Assembly (NCBI GenBank): GCA_002773395.1 | Contig: PFBI01000006.1 | Coordinates: 12,049 to 76,048 of the forward strand | Direction: 5' to 3' | Source: Candidatus Kaiserbacteria bacterium CG10_big_fil_rev_8_21_14_0_10_47_16 | GTDB taxonomy: Bacteria > Patescibacteriota > Minisyncoccia > Phycocordibacterales > UBA918 | Length of the DNA: 64,000 nucleotides | In this document: positions 46,034 through 55,615 of the stretch, piece by piece | Position numbering within the stretch: position 1 is the first letter of the stretch | Layout of the letters: every line of letters starts with the position of its first letter | Program-made: the position numbers and the translations under genes | Notes under the pieces: generated by a model | What the model was told of the DNA's origin: nothing | Databases searched by the model: none | The model's input: the letters and a program-made list of their open reading frames with translations, nothing else

Positions 46034-49000
46034 TTATTCTCCCTCCCCCATAAAGCGTGCAGCAAGCTGGCAGTAGTTGCTCGTTTTTGGATCACACGAT
46101 TCTTTAAGAAATGCGCCTGATGCAATCTCCTTTGCGACCCGAATAATGTCTCCTTTGAGCGCATCAACTTCTTCGTCAGTGATAGAGAACGTTTCCTCGT
46201 GAATGACTCCCTTACTATCAGGCTCCACAAACGAAACCGTCATCTCACGACAGAGATACCGTTCGTCGCCATAGAGCGAGAGGAGTAACGCATAAAATAC
46301 GAGCTGGCGTTTGTACTTTCCATCTGAACTCTTTGTTTCTCCCGCTATGTCGCCACGCGTTTTCGGCTTCCCTGTTTTGTAATCAATAACCCGAAGCAGC
46401 TTCCCTCCTGCATCAAAATCAAGTCGATCGAGCTTCCCTGTCAGCGGAATTTCTGGCAGATCAGGGTCTCCCGTCGGAAGTACTACCCGCAGTGAGAACT
46501 CTTCTTTTGCTGACTCCGTCAATGAGTTCTTAAGATGCGTACTGTACGCATAGAGGGCTGCAAGGCCGCGTTCGAGTTGTCGTACGTATTCTTCTTTCGT
46601 AAGTGGTAAACGGCCGAGTGCTTGTTCTAGAAATTTCTTGATCTCGGTATCCGTCGGAAGCACACCGGTGCTTGTGCGCAGTTTTGTCGCCCGTTCAAGC
46701 ACACTATGTACTGCAGTACCGTACTGCATTGGGACTGCCTGCACCTCCGGTATGCGGAGCATGTTACGGAAAAAGTAATTCCATGGGCTTTCCAAATAGT
46801 TATTGAGGTGCGTCGCTGAGAGTCCTCGCTCAAGCAGGAGCTTGCGAAGGAGCGCAGCATCAACCTGCGCGCCATGCATCGTCGCGCTCATATGAGCGAG
46901 TGGTTCAAAAGATTTTTCTTCAGCGTCGGTATCAACGAGCGCAACATATTCTTGACCGATACCCTCAAACAACCGCGATGGTGTCAGCTCCCTTCCGTCT
47001 GCATTTGTTTCTGCTTGTGAGAGAAATAGATATGACTTTGCGCGGGTCATTGCAACATAGAGAAGTCTCCGTTCATCATCCAGTCCATCGAGAGGCGTTG
47101 TGATGTGTTTGGTAAGTGGAATATCAAAGAGTGTTCGATGCGTACGACCGCCCCACAGATTGTCTGAGAGGTGCGGTATGTACACGACGCTAAATTCAAG
47201 ACCTTTCGACTTATGTGCAGTCATCACCTCGACTGCGTGTGCGTCATTGGCAATATACGGCGCATTGAGTGGGAGGAGGTACGCACGTCGCTTCGTAAGA
47301 ACCGCTTGTACTTCACGAAGCGTTCCTGCGCCATCACGACGTACCATTTCCTCCACTTCGTCGTACAGCCTGCGCACCGTGCGGACCCCTTCAAATGGGC
47401 TCTCGTTCATGACGTGTTCAATGAAACCACTTTCGGTAAGCAGACATTCGAGCACTCGATGTGGCGCTTCGGTCACCTCACGCTGCCGCGCCATCGTTAA
47501 TACCTTCATGATATTTTCTGCAGCCGCAACATCGGATACGCCAATCTCTGCAAGTGTGTCTGTATCACTCAGTATCTTTGTGAGCGAACGTGAGTAACTT
47601 CGTGCACTGGCAATGCGGACTAAATCTTCTGGCGTCAGTCCCCAATACGCTCCGTGCAGAACGGTAAACAACGCTGACTCGTTCTCGGTATCAATCGCAG
47701 CATCAATGAGTGCCTGTACCGCCTGAGTAATAGGGTGGAGCAAAATATCACCTTCAGCTGATGCGTGCGCGGCAATACCCGCTCGGCGAAGTGCTTCAGC
47801 GTACTCCTCAACTTCACGGTTCGTACGTACAATGACCGCAATCTCTGAAGCGGGAACACCTTCCGTAATACGATGTTTAATATCCTTCACCACAAAGGCA
47901 TCCTCAATGGCCTGATGCGAGAAATCACGACGCTCAACCTGCGCTACAGCATCCGGAAGTGCCGTAAGCGGTACACGAAGATCTTTGAGTGGGCCGTCTT
48001 CGACCGCAATCAAACTGTGCGCTGCATCGAGAATCTTCTGACCAGACCGGTAGTTTTGTGTGAGTGCAATAGTTGCTGTCTCTGAAAAGACATCTTCAAA
48101 ATAAAGAAAGTTTTCAAGTGATGCGCCTTGAAAGCGAAAGATTGCCTGCTTCTCATCTCCCACTGCAAAAATATTTGGTCGCTCGTGATACGACGCAAGT
48201 AATTCTAAAATACGGTTTTGGCTGCCATTCACATCTTGGTGCTCGTCGGCGTGTATATATTGATACGTTTCCTGCAGGTCTCGGAGCATGTCTTCGTTCT
48301 TTTCAAGTGCGTCAATCGTCTCCAGAATCATGTCATCAAAGTCGTACAATCGTTTGTCAGTAAGGAGTGCCTGGTATCTCCGGTACACAAAGAGAAGCTC
48401 TTTATTTTTCCCAACTGCTTTTTCCTTCGTCGCATATTCACCGCGAACCTTTCCTTTGTGCGCACCCTTTTCATGTACTTTTTGAATATTTGCGAGATCG
48501 ATTTCTTGTGACGCAATAATGGTCGCGAATGTATCGGGAGTGATGTACTCCTTTTTCATAGATTCAATCGCACTCAGTATCGGTCGTATGTAGTACGACG
48601 GATCTCCGTGGGGTCGTAGGAGGCGAATTTCACCAGATTCAATGATTGATTCCAAGATTGAGATCTTATCGAGGTCAGACGCAGGACGTCCGCCAACAAC
48701 TCTATCGTATGCATCGGGATACTTCCCAATACATTCTTTTGCAAATCCATGGAAGGTTTGAATCGGTACTCGATACCCTTCACTCCCAATGTACCCACGA
48801 AGACGTTCACGCATCGCCTTTGCACCCGCATCAGTAAAGGTAAGCGCAAGAATATTTTCTGGCGCGGTATCCGTCCTCCGTAGAATATTTGCAATACGAA
48901 GGGTGAGAATCTGGGTCTTACCCGTTCCTGGACCTGCAATAACCATGACCGGACCTTCGATCGTATCCACTGCTTTTTTCTGTTCTTTGTTGAGCCGTGC

Positions 49001-49042
49001 GTACGCTGTTGAAAAGGCGTCCGTCGCTGTAGATTTCTCCAT
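46034..49042 (-). CDS. UvrD/REP helicase fused to PD-(D/E)XK nuclease
   Basis: AGPGTGKT, DEHQD, HKSKGLEF, YVAMTRA, GKLDRLD...IDYKTG. Confidence 0.95.
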   Translation of the reverse strand: MEKSTATDAFSTAYARLNKEQKKAVDTIEGPVMVIAGPGTGKTQILTLRIANILRRTDTAPENILALTFTDAGAKAMRERLRGYIGSEGYRVPIQTFHGFAKECIGKYPDAYDRVVGGRPASDLDKISILESIIESGEIRLLRPHGDPSYYIRPILSAIESMKKEYITPDTFATIIASQEIDLANIQKVHEKGAHKGKVRGEYATKEKAVGKNKELLFVYRRYQALLTDKRLYDFDDMILETIDALEKNEDMLRDLQETYQYIHADEHQDVNGSQNRILELLASYHERPNIFAVGDEKQAIFRFQGASLENFLYFEDVFSETATIALTQNYRSGQKILDAAHSLIAVEDGPLKDLRVPLTALPDAVAQVERRDFSHQAIEDAFVVKDIKHRITEGVPASEIAVIVRTNREVEEYAEALRRAGIAAHASAEGDILLHPITQAVQALIDAAIDTENESALFTVLHGAYWGLTPEDLVRIASARSYSRSLTKILSDTDTLAEIGVSDVAAAENIMKVLTMARQREVTEAPHRVLECLLTESGFIEHVMNESPFEGVRTVRRLYDEVEEMVRRDGAGTLREVQAVLTKRRAYLLPLNAPYIANDAHAVEVMTAHKSKGLEFSVVYIPHLSDNLWGGRTHRTLFDIPLTKHITTPLDGLDDERRLLYVAMTRAKSYLFLSQAETNADGRELTPSRLFEGIGQEYVALVDTDAEEKSFEPLAHMSATMHGAQVDAALLRKLLLERGLSATHLNNYLESPWNYFFRNMLRIPEVQAVPMQYGTAVHSVLERATKLRTSTGVLPTDTEIKKFLEQALGRLPLTKEEYVRQLERGLAALYAYSTHLKNSLTESAKEEFSLRVVLPTGDPDLPEIPLTGKLDRLDFDAGGKLLRVIDYKTGKPKTRGDIAGETKSSDGKYKRQLVFYALLLSLYGDERYLCREMTVSFVEPDSKGVIHEETFSITDEEVDALKGDIIRVAKEIASGAFLKESCDPKTSNYCQLAARFMGEGE

Positions 49043-49168
49043 AATACAAGCAGTATACCAAGAAATCCGTAGAACACAGTCTGTGCTTGCAAGATATAAA
49101 AATAGGCATAGTATAGTGCCTGTGCCCTGTGGGGCATTTTGTTTTCCCACGTTTTAAAGAAGTTTTCT

Positions 49169-51256
49169 ATGCTATCACCCCAAGTATTTCTCTCATTCTT
49201 TGTTATTCTCGCGCTTTCAAGTCTCGCGGTCTTTGTCGCACGAAAGGTTCGCCTGCCCCACACTGTATTCCTTGTTGTCGTTGGTGCGATACTTGGTTTC
49301 CTCTCATTCCTGCCCCCATTTACGTTCATTAGTCAGTTTGAATTTACGCCAGGACTCCTTTTTTACCTTCTTCTCCCAACGCTCATTTTTGAGTCTGCGT
49401 TTGCTATGCAAATCCGACGTATTCTTGCCGATATTCCAATCATCTTCCTGCTTGCGGTTGTTGGACTTCTTATATCAGCACTCGCGATCGCCGCAGGTCT
49501 CTCATTCGGTTTCGGACTCATCGGTCTTTCTGTTCCTTTCTCATTTCTTTTCCTCTTTGGCGCAATCATTTCAGCAACAGATCCAGTTGCGGTTCTCGCC
49601 CTCTTCAAAGAGTATGGCGCTCCGGAACGTCTCTCCCTCATTTTTGAAGGAGAGAGTCTTTTCAACGATGCAACGGCGGTAGCACTTTTCTTCATTGTAC
49701 TCGGTGTGATTACCGAAGGATTTCACGGTTCAAGCACAGTGAGTATTGCAGTGGTGAATTTCACATTCATGATGATTGGCGGAATTCTCTTCGGTGCACT
49801 TATTGGGAATCTCTTCTCATGGCTCGTTGGAAAAGCTCGTGAAAACGAAGTGGCGAGTATTACACTCACTATCGCTCTTGCGCATATTACGTTTATTCTC
49901 TCTGAAGTTATTTCTGAACACCTCGTATTCTTCAACACGCAGTTTGCAATCTCTTCGATCGTCGCAACTACTGTGGCTTCGCTCATCATGGGTAATTACG
50001 GACGAGCAAAGATTCACCCATCTGCGGATGAATTCGTATCGAAGCTCTGGAGCCAGCTTGCCTTCATGGCAAACTCAACGATTTTTGTCCTCATCGGACT
50101 TCTTTTTGTGCGAAGTGGTGTATTCACCAACGGAATGATTGTGCCTATTCTTGTCACGATTATTGTGGTCGCTATTGCGCGCGCACTCTCTATTTACCCT
50201 GTCGCCTTTATCTATAATCTCTTTGCAAAATCAAGTCGCGACCTACCAACTGCGTGGGTACACCTCCTTTCGTGGGGCAGTCTCCGTGGTGCACTCGCCA
50301 TTACGATGGTACTCCTTGTGCCTGCTGATCTTGAAATCCCTGGATGGACATTCAGTATTTCTCCACAAGCCTTCCTCCTTTCTCTCACCGCAGGTTGTAT
50401 ATTCGCAACACTCTTCCTTAAAGCAACGACCATTCGTCCGTTTATGCGAAAGCTTAAGCTCGACGCGCATACTGATCTTGAGGAACTTCAACTCTACGAA
50501 GCGCAGGCAATCATCCATGAACGTATTACCGAACGTCTACGGCAACACCACAAGCGCGGCTATATTGCCGACGGTGTGTTTGAAACTCTGTTGAAGGAAC
50601 ATGTCGATGCATTTACGAAAGCGTGTGCGGCGGTTACTTCATGCGGAGAGCGTAATGAAGAACGTGCACAGAGTGTGATTCGTATGTACGCCATCGGTAT
50701 TGAATTTCTTTATCTCAAAGAACTCTATCAATACAATGAAGTGAACGAGTTTGTCTACCGTCGTATTTTTGGTAAGCTCTCAGCCCAATTTGAAGCTATT
50801 GAACACGGCAATCTTTCTGCTGACTCTGTGATGCATACCGACGGAAAGGACGTCTTTGAAAAGATGGCAGCACGCATCCATGGCGCGCTCTTCCCGAAGT
50901 CAGTTGGCACTATCGCGGAAGAGAATTACCTCTACTACCGCGCGCAGTCTATTATTTCCCGAAAGGTACTCAAGGAGCTTAATCGTCATGACGACAGCGA
51001 CGCCATCAGCATCTTCTCTGAGCAAGCGTTTAGTGAAATCATCCGAATCTACGAATCGTATAAAGAACAATCAAAAGCAAAAATGCTCAAGATTGCAGAG
51101 GAACACCCTGAGACAATCGCTGCACTCTCTCAGTCGCTTGCAGTACGCGGTGTCTATAAGACAGCCTCACAGACACTCAGTGAACTCCGCAGCACACAAC
51201 TCATCACTGCGAACCTTCAGATCGCCCTCAGTGACGAACTCAAAGAAGCCGACTAA
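49169..51256 (+). CDS. CPA1 Na+/H+ antiporter with long cytoplasmic tail
   Basis: SATDPVAV, GESLFND, LRGA. Confidence 0.93.
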   Translation: MLSPQVFLSFFVILALSSLAVFVARKVRLPHTVFLVVVGAILGFLSFLPPFTFISQFEFTPGLLFYLLLPTLIFESAFAMQIRRILADIPIIFLLAVVGLLISALAIAAGLSFGFGLIGLSVPFSFLFLFGAIISATDPVAVLALFKEYGAPERLSLIFEGESLFNDATAVALFFIVLGVITEGFHGSSTVSIAVVNFTFMMIGGILFGALIGNLFSWLVGKARENEVASITLTIALAHITFILSEVISEHLVFFNTQFAISSIVATTVASLIMGNYGRAKIHPSADEFVSKLWSQLAFMANSTIFVLIGLLFVRSGVFTNGMIVPILVTIIVVAIARALSIYPVAFIYNLFAKSSRDLPTAWVHLLSWGSLRGALAITMVLLVPADLEIPGWTFSISPQAFLLSLTAGCIFATLFLKATTIRPFMRKLKLDAHTDLEELQLYEAQAIIHERITERLRQHHKRGYIADGVFETLLKEHVDAFTKACAAVTSCGERNEERAQSVIRMYAIGIEFLYLKELYQYNEVNEFVYRRIFGKLSAQFEAIEHGNLSADSVMHTDGKDVFEKMAARIHGALFPKSVGTIAEENYLYYRAQSIISRKVLKELNRHDDSDAISIFSEQAFSEIIRIYESYKEQSKAKMLKIAEEHPETIAALSQSLAVRGVYKTASQTLSELRSTQLITANLQIALSDELKEAD

Positions 51257-51263
51257 CACAAGG

Positions 51264-51306
51264 AATATAAAAACAGCGAGCCGTACCGGCTCGCTGTTTT
51301 TATATT
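51264..51306. terminator. Bidirectional terminator
   Basis: AATATAAAAACAGCGAGCCG-TAC-CGGCTCGCTGTTTTTATATT. Confidence 0.85.
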
Positions 51307-51673
51307 AGTCTCGTCCGAATCGCATCATTCGTTTGATCATTGCACCGCCCCGCTTTACTAACGTCTGCTCCTTACTCTGCGCCTTCCGAATCTCGCGCTC
51401 GACCTCATTTCGCATTTGGTCAATAGATTTTTCAATCTGGTCAGTCGTTGCTTCTGCTCGATATAACTTGCCGCCAACTCGAATATTTACTTCGGCGCGG
51501 AAGATATTTCCACTGTGACTCCCTGTCATCTTCTCAAGCTCAATATCACAGGTCACGTCTGGTCGGTCGCCGATGAATTTACCCAGTTTTGCAAATTTTT
51601 GTTCAACGAGTGTCCGAAGTGTGTCGGTCACTTCGATGTTCGATCCTTGGATGTGCGTAATTGAAAATGTCAT
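51305..51673 (-). CDS. raiA: Ribosome hibernation factor (RaiA/HPF)
   Basis: G.NIEVT..L...V..K..KL.KF; AE.....SID. Confidence 0.9.
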   Translation of the reverse strand: MTFSITHIQGSNIEVTDTLRTLVEQKFAKLGKFIGDRPDVTCDIELEKMTGSHSGNIFRAEVNIRVGGKLYRAEATTDQIEKSIDQMRNEVEREIRKAQSKEQTLVKRGGAMIKRMMRFGRD

Positions 51674-51683
51674 AGGTACAATA

Positions 51684-51908
51684 TTATTTCTTTATAATAT
51701 CAAAAATCTTGGTTGGGGACCGATGTCCGGCAGTGATACGTACATCCCGTACCGGTACTTCGTATATTTCAGCAAGCACTGCTTGCACCCGTCGGTTTGC
51801 AAGATTCCGCTCTGCTGGCTCACGTACTGATAGGGCAAACTCAGTATCACTTACTTTTTTTACCAATTCCTTACGCGCTCCCGCAACTACTCTTACTCTA
51901 ACATACAT
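51684..51908 (-). CDS. DUF167 (YggU) family protein
   Basis: V.V..GA, V..PAE.N.AN, I..G..S..K. Confidence 0.88.
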   Translation of the reverse strand: MYVRVRVVAGARKELVKKVSDTEFALSVREPAERNLANRRVQAVLAEIYEVPVRDVRITAGHRSPTKIFDIIKK

Positions 51909-52183
51909 ACATTTGGTTCTGTCGTATCACCTTTTTGTGAAGCCATTCCAGAACCATAGTTCTTTTCAAGATACTCAGAAATAGGACCTGATTCGTACAT
52001 GAATGTACCTGTTTCAGGGTCAATCATAAAGGGAGTCTGCCCTTTCCCGCCCTTTTCAACGAGTTCGTCCATAACACCTTCATCGGCAATATTTTTCTCG
52101 TCAATCGTAAGGTTTAAGTCTTCAACTTTTTTAAGTACCATTGCGCAAAATGGGCACCCTGTCTTTACATAAAGCGTAATCAT
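51893..52183 (-). CDS. Glutaredoxin/GST N-terminal-like protein
   Basis: CPFC, QTP, MYES..I..YL. Confidence 0.88.
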   Translation of the reverse strand: MITLYVKTGCPFCAMVLKKVEDLNLTIDEKNIADEGVMDELVEKGGKGQTPFMIDPETGTFMYESGPISEYLEKNYGSGMASQKGDTTEPNVCMLE

Positions 52184-52233
52184 GAAATCAAAAATCGTTA
52201 TATCGTAATGTTGTGTAAGTATACTACACCCAC

Positions 52234-52854
52234 CTATGGCCGCTTATATCGTGCAGTAAGCGTCGCACTCTCAATCATCATACCTTTTGCTGCAATCTCC
52301 ACTTCATCGAGCGTTGGCGCTTTAATGAAGTTGAGCGTACCGGTCACCGCGTACAGTCGAAAGATGTATCGGTGTTCAGTCGGCTCTATATCTGTTGGCG
52401 GACACGGACCTGTATATTCTGCATTCCCTGCAGAATTAAGACCGGTTGTACCGAGGCGATCTTCTTCGTTAATTTCTCGTGTGCTCGGGACGATATTGTA
52501 GAGAACCCAATGATCAAACTTTTCTATTCCCCGCTGCTGTTTTATGCTCTCTGGAATATCAGGATCATCCATTACGAGAATGAGTGATTCTGTTCCTTCA
52601 GGAACTCCACTGATTAAGAGTGGCGGATTAAGATATCGTTTTCCATCACAGGTATATTCTGCGGGAATTGTCCCCCCATCAACAAACACCGGTGAAGTCA
52701 GTTTTAGCATAGTTGTTTCATCAGTAGATGAATAATCGGCTTCTTGAGGAGTCTCTCCCTCTTTTGTTGGAGCATCGGCATGTTCAAGTGCGAAAAATGC
52801 ACCGCCAATGATAACGAGAAAGAGAATACCGAGTAAACCGTATGCTCGTCGCAT
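52234..52854 (-). CDS. YbhB/YbcL (PEBP) family protein with N-terminal TM
   Basis: YTCDG, DDPD, HWV, GPCPP, HRY.F.LYA. Confidence 0.93.
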   Translation of the reverse strand: MRRAYGLLGILFLVIIGGAFFALEHADAPTKEGETPQEADYSSTDETTMLKLTSPVFVDGGTIPAEYTCDGKRYLNPPLLISGVPEGTESLILVMDDPDIPESIKQQRGIEKFDHWVLYNIVPSTREINEEDRLGTTGLNSAGNAEYTGPCPPTDIEPTEHRYIFRLYAVTGTLNFIKAPTLDEVEIAAKGMMIESATLTARYKRP

Positions 52855-52935
52855 AATGTATGCATTATACCATATGTCTCATCTTGTCGAAGAAGCCTCT
52901 TCACGGCATGTTCATGACACTTTAGTATAATGACT

Positions 52936-53137
52936 GCAGTACGATATGATTTCTTAAATGATTAGGTAGTGAAGCAAGTGTGTTCTGAACCATTTGTAGT
53001 AGCTACTCATACCGTTTTATTTTGTTCTTTAATGTTTTGTTGTACAACCCACTTTAGGCGGTGCCTTTGTGTGCCGCTTATTGTTATGACACTGCTTTTT
53101 AGCACGATACCCTGCCTCTTTGAGGCGGGGTATTCGT
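52936..53137 (+). ncRNA. Candidate ~200-nt small RNA
   Basis: TATAAT at 52926, long-range pairings, two G-U-containing hairpins favouring the + strand. Confidence 0.3.
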
Positions 53138-53209
53138 ATAAATGACTGTATAAAAAAGCCGCCCTCTCGTTGAGACGAAAGTTTGGCTTTCTTCTCGCGT
53201 AGGGCGGTC

Positions 53210-53428
53210 TCATCGGTACTCCACTCGATACCAGAACCATGTAGTAAGGCGAGTCCTGTTACCAATAATTGCTTCTTGGCGCAGAATTTCTTCATGCGCC
53301 AAGCCAAGCCAGGGGCCTGAATATCGTAGACCTGATACCAAACTCTCCTGGACTAAACGGCACTCACCAGGGTCAGTGCCATTGAGGATTCGAGTAAGAC
53401 TGCTGGGTAATTCTATACCGGGAACCAT
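53210..53428 (-). CDS. Small orphan protein
   Basis: SD AAGGAG 6 nt before ATG; terminator-like hairpin follows. Confidence 0.55.
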   Translation of the reverse strand: MVPGIELPSSLTRILNGTDPGECRLVQESLVSGLRYSGPWLGLAHEEILRQEAIIGNRTRLTTWFWYRVEYR

Positions 53429-53543
53429 TTTTTACTCCTTTCTCACCACAATTGGTGCACTTCTTGAACCAGAGTTTGATTGGTACGCTGCGCTTTGCGC
53501 GCAGAAGACTTCCGCTTCCACGACACCTCTTGCACGTCTTCAT
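53373..53543 (-). CDS. 56-aa zinc-finger microprotein (DnaJ-type CxxCxGxG repeats)
   Basis: Manual translation MKTCKRCRGSGSLLRAKRSVPIKLWFKKCTNCGEKGVKNG...; TAATG overlap with upstream ORF. Confidence 0.7.
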   Translation of the reverse strand: MKTCKRCRGSGSLLRAKRSVPIKLWFKKCTNCGEKGVKNGSRYRITQQSYSNPQWH

Positions 53544-53812
53544 TATCGTACATTCCCTTTTTGGTTTTTTGGCGAACGTGTTTGAAGTGTCTCGAGAAAA
53601 CTCTTCAGCTCATCTGTCTCGAGAAGTGGCAAGAACCCCCGCACACTCGCAATGATGACGCAGTGAATGAGACTGCGTTGCGTATAGATCTTGTTGATTT
53701 CTTCGCAGACAACGACTCGGTGTTCTTTCGAAATCCTGTAGTCATCCATGAGCACATCAGCACAGTGCCCGTGGTCCCATTCCACCTGTGTCCCCTTTTT
53801 AAAAAGCGGCAC
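53543..53812 (-). CDS. Small orphan protein
   Basis: SD AAGGAGG before GTG; first gene after the duplicated tRNA end. Confidence 0.65.
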   Translation of the reverse strand: MPLFKKGTQVEWDHGHCADVLMDDYRISKEHRVVVCEEINKIYTQRSLIHCVIIASVRGFLPLLETDELKSFLETLQTRSPKNQKGNVR

Positions 53813-53827
53813 AATAACCTCCTTCGG

Positions 53828-54009
53828 TTTGTAATGATTCCTAAGCTCCGCGGGCAGGATTCGAAGCTTACAGCCTCAGTACACCTTGTCGCTCTTTTAT
53901 TTCCTTACGTCATAAAAGAGCTGGCAAGGTTTTCGAATCCTCACAAAACAGTCCACTGGACTGTCTTTGATTTTGTAATGATTTCTAGGCTCCGCGGGCA
54001 GGATTCGAA
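53828..54009. repeat. 38-bp direct repeat (36/38) duplicating the tRNA-Asn 3' end around a 106-bp hairpin element
   Basis: TTTGTAATGATTYCTARGCTCCGCGGGCAGGATTCGAA at 53828-53865 and 53972-54009. Confidence 0.9.
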
Positions 54010-54061
54010 CCTGCGACCAATTGATTAACAGTCAACTGCTCTACCGCTGAGCTACCGCGGA
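53990..54061 (-). tRNA. tRNA-Asn(GTT), CCA not encoded
   Basis: TCCGCGG/CCGCGGA acceptor, GTTGA-CTGTTAA-TCAAT anticodon arm, GCAGG-TTCGAAT-CCTGC T arm. Confidence 0.97.
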
Positions 54062-54159
54062 GCCTAAAAATCATTGTTTCAAGGTACATCTCCTCCGTAG
54101 AAGAGTTACAGCATTGTACAGAAAAATCACAGAGTTTCAACACATCCTTCTAAAGATGG

Positions 54160-54396
54160 CTATCCTGAAAAGGCACTATTGAAGAATTGCTGGATTGCTG
54201 CTCCAATATCGATCGTCCCCGCAAGGTTAAAAGCGATAGAAGTGACGACCGCAACTAAGACCGTTGCGCCGAGCGCAGTACCAAGGCCGCGTACCAACCC
54301 TTTCAAAAATACTCTCTTCGGAGAGTTCTGAATCTTCAACTGCTCATCAACTGAGGAAAGAATCTCATAGAGCTTCTCTTCGTTCTTTTTTTCCAT
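54160..54396 (-). CDS. Small membrane protein (DUF5665-like)
   Basis: FLKGLVRGLGTALGAT; ATG 6 nt after TATCAT. Confidence 0.75.
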   Translation of the reverse strand: MEKKNEEKLYEILSSVDEQLKIQNSPKRVFLKGLVRGLGTALGATVLVAVVTSIAFNLAGTIDIGAAIQQFFNSAFSG

Positions 54397-54461
54397 GGTT
54401 CTATGATACCAGAGTGGATAGAAACGATGTACCGATACCTGTGTGGTATATAGTGGTGCAT

Positions 54462-54626
54462 ATGGAATCAAAACGATTGACTTGGCTACTCATGATTGTC
54501 GGCGGAGCTATCGGCGGATACGTGCCGATACTCTGGGGAGCGAGCTATTTCTCCTTCTCTTCAATCATCGGCAACGCGGTCGGCGCCATCTTCGGCATCT
54601 GGCTCGCGTTTCGTCTCACTCATTAA
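54462..54626 (+). CDS. Small Gly-rich two-TM membrane protein
   Basis: MESKRLTWLLMIVGGAIGGYVP.LWG... Confidence 0.75.
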   Translation: MESKRLTWLLMIVGGAIGGYVPILWGASYFSFSSIIGNAVGAIFGIWLAFRLTH

Positions 54627-54762
54627 GAAAGAGTTCCACGTAAACATGGTTTCGGTTTAGACAAACCCATCTAGTTATTCACCGTACCCATTGTGCTTAC
54701 GCCCAGATTTGCGAGAATAGAAGTATTAATAATATAAATTTCTAGGTCTTCTAGAAAACATC

Positions 54763-55128
54763 ATGAACACAAAAAAATTAGCACAAGTGTTTGGAGTGGT
54801 CTTTCTACTCATCGGTATTCTTGGATTCGTTCCTGGAATCACCACAACAGGTCATCTCCTTGGTATCTTTGAAGTTGATATCCTTCACAACGTTATTCAC
54901 ATCCTCACGGGTATTCTTGCACTCGTTTTTGCAGGAAGTGCGGCGAAGATGTTTTTCAAAGTATTTGGTATCGTATACCTCATCGTAACGGTTGTCGGGT
55001 TTGTTCAAGGTGATACTGTTCTCGGTCTCATCGGCGTAAACCTTGCTGACAATGTTCTTCACCTCGTTGTAGCTGCAGTTGCGCTCTACGTTGGTTTCAA
55101 GAAGGACACTATGGTGTCATCAATGTAA
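54763..55128 (+). CDS. DUF4383-like membrane protein
   Basis: GILGFVP, HNVIH..TG, DNVLH. Confidence 0.85.
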   Translation: MNTKKLAQVFGVVFLLIGILGFVPGITTTGHLLGIFEVDILHNVIHILTGILALVFAGSAAKMFFKVFGIVYLIVTVVGFVQGDTVLGLIGVNLADNVLHLVVAAVALYVGFKKDTMVSSM

Positions 55129-55145
55129 TCATTGACCCTACGAAC

Positions 55146-55177
55146 ATAAAAATCCCCGCACATGCGGGGATTTTTAT
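55146..55177 (+). terminator. Intrinsic terminator
   Basis: ATAAAAATCCCCGCA-CA-TGCGGGGATTTTTAT. Confidence 0.85.
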
Positions 55178-55276
55178 TTATCGCCAAAAAAACCTTCTTT
55201 CTATTAAGCAGTTATTGACTTTTTATACCCTCAGTCGCATACTGCCGCTTAGATGCACCATAAAAGGGCCTGACAC

Positions 55277-55615
55277 ATGCTTATGCTCAATGCGTTAAGT
55301 GCCATAGCGTTAATGGCCGCTCTGTCGCCAACGATTGCATCAAACGACATCGATGCATGTGAGGGAAGAATATTTAACTTCCCCGTATTCATAGATATCG
55401 ATTTCCACAATGCAACGACTGCCGGTGACTGCGACATTACGCTAAACTACCGAATGCCGCCAATGAGCGACGGGGCCACCATTTTTTCCGTCAGCGTCGT
55501 CATAGAAAACGGCAAGGAGGTCACTACGGGAGTACAAATCACACAGACGACACTCGTCTGTAAAGATGGGAAGATGGTTCGCAAGGAGGGTTCTACTGAT
55601 GCCGTTTCTCGTTAA
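55277..55615 (+). CDS. Orphan secreted protein
   Basis: Signal-peptide-like N terminus, 3 Cys; TTGACT-N17-CATACT upstream. Confidence 0.6.
   Translation: MLMLNALSAIALMAALSPTIASNDIDACEGRIFNFPVFIDIDFHNATTAGDCDITLNYRMPPMSDGATIFSVSVVIENGKEVTTGVQITQTTLVCKDGKMVRKEGSTDAVSR

Noticed and set aside
48574-49329. 251-aa minus-strand ORF overlapping uvrD and the antiporter
   Set aside because: Alternative frame over two well-supported genes, with no recognisable motifs.
53828-54009. Intact prophage or island bounded by attL/attR
   Set aside because: Repeats are only 144 bp apart and no integrase is present.
53480-54028. 182-aa + strand ORF
   Set aside because: Antisense to tRNA-Asn and the SD-led minus-strand ORFs; its internal repeat is the tRNA-end duplication.
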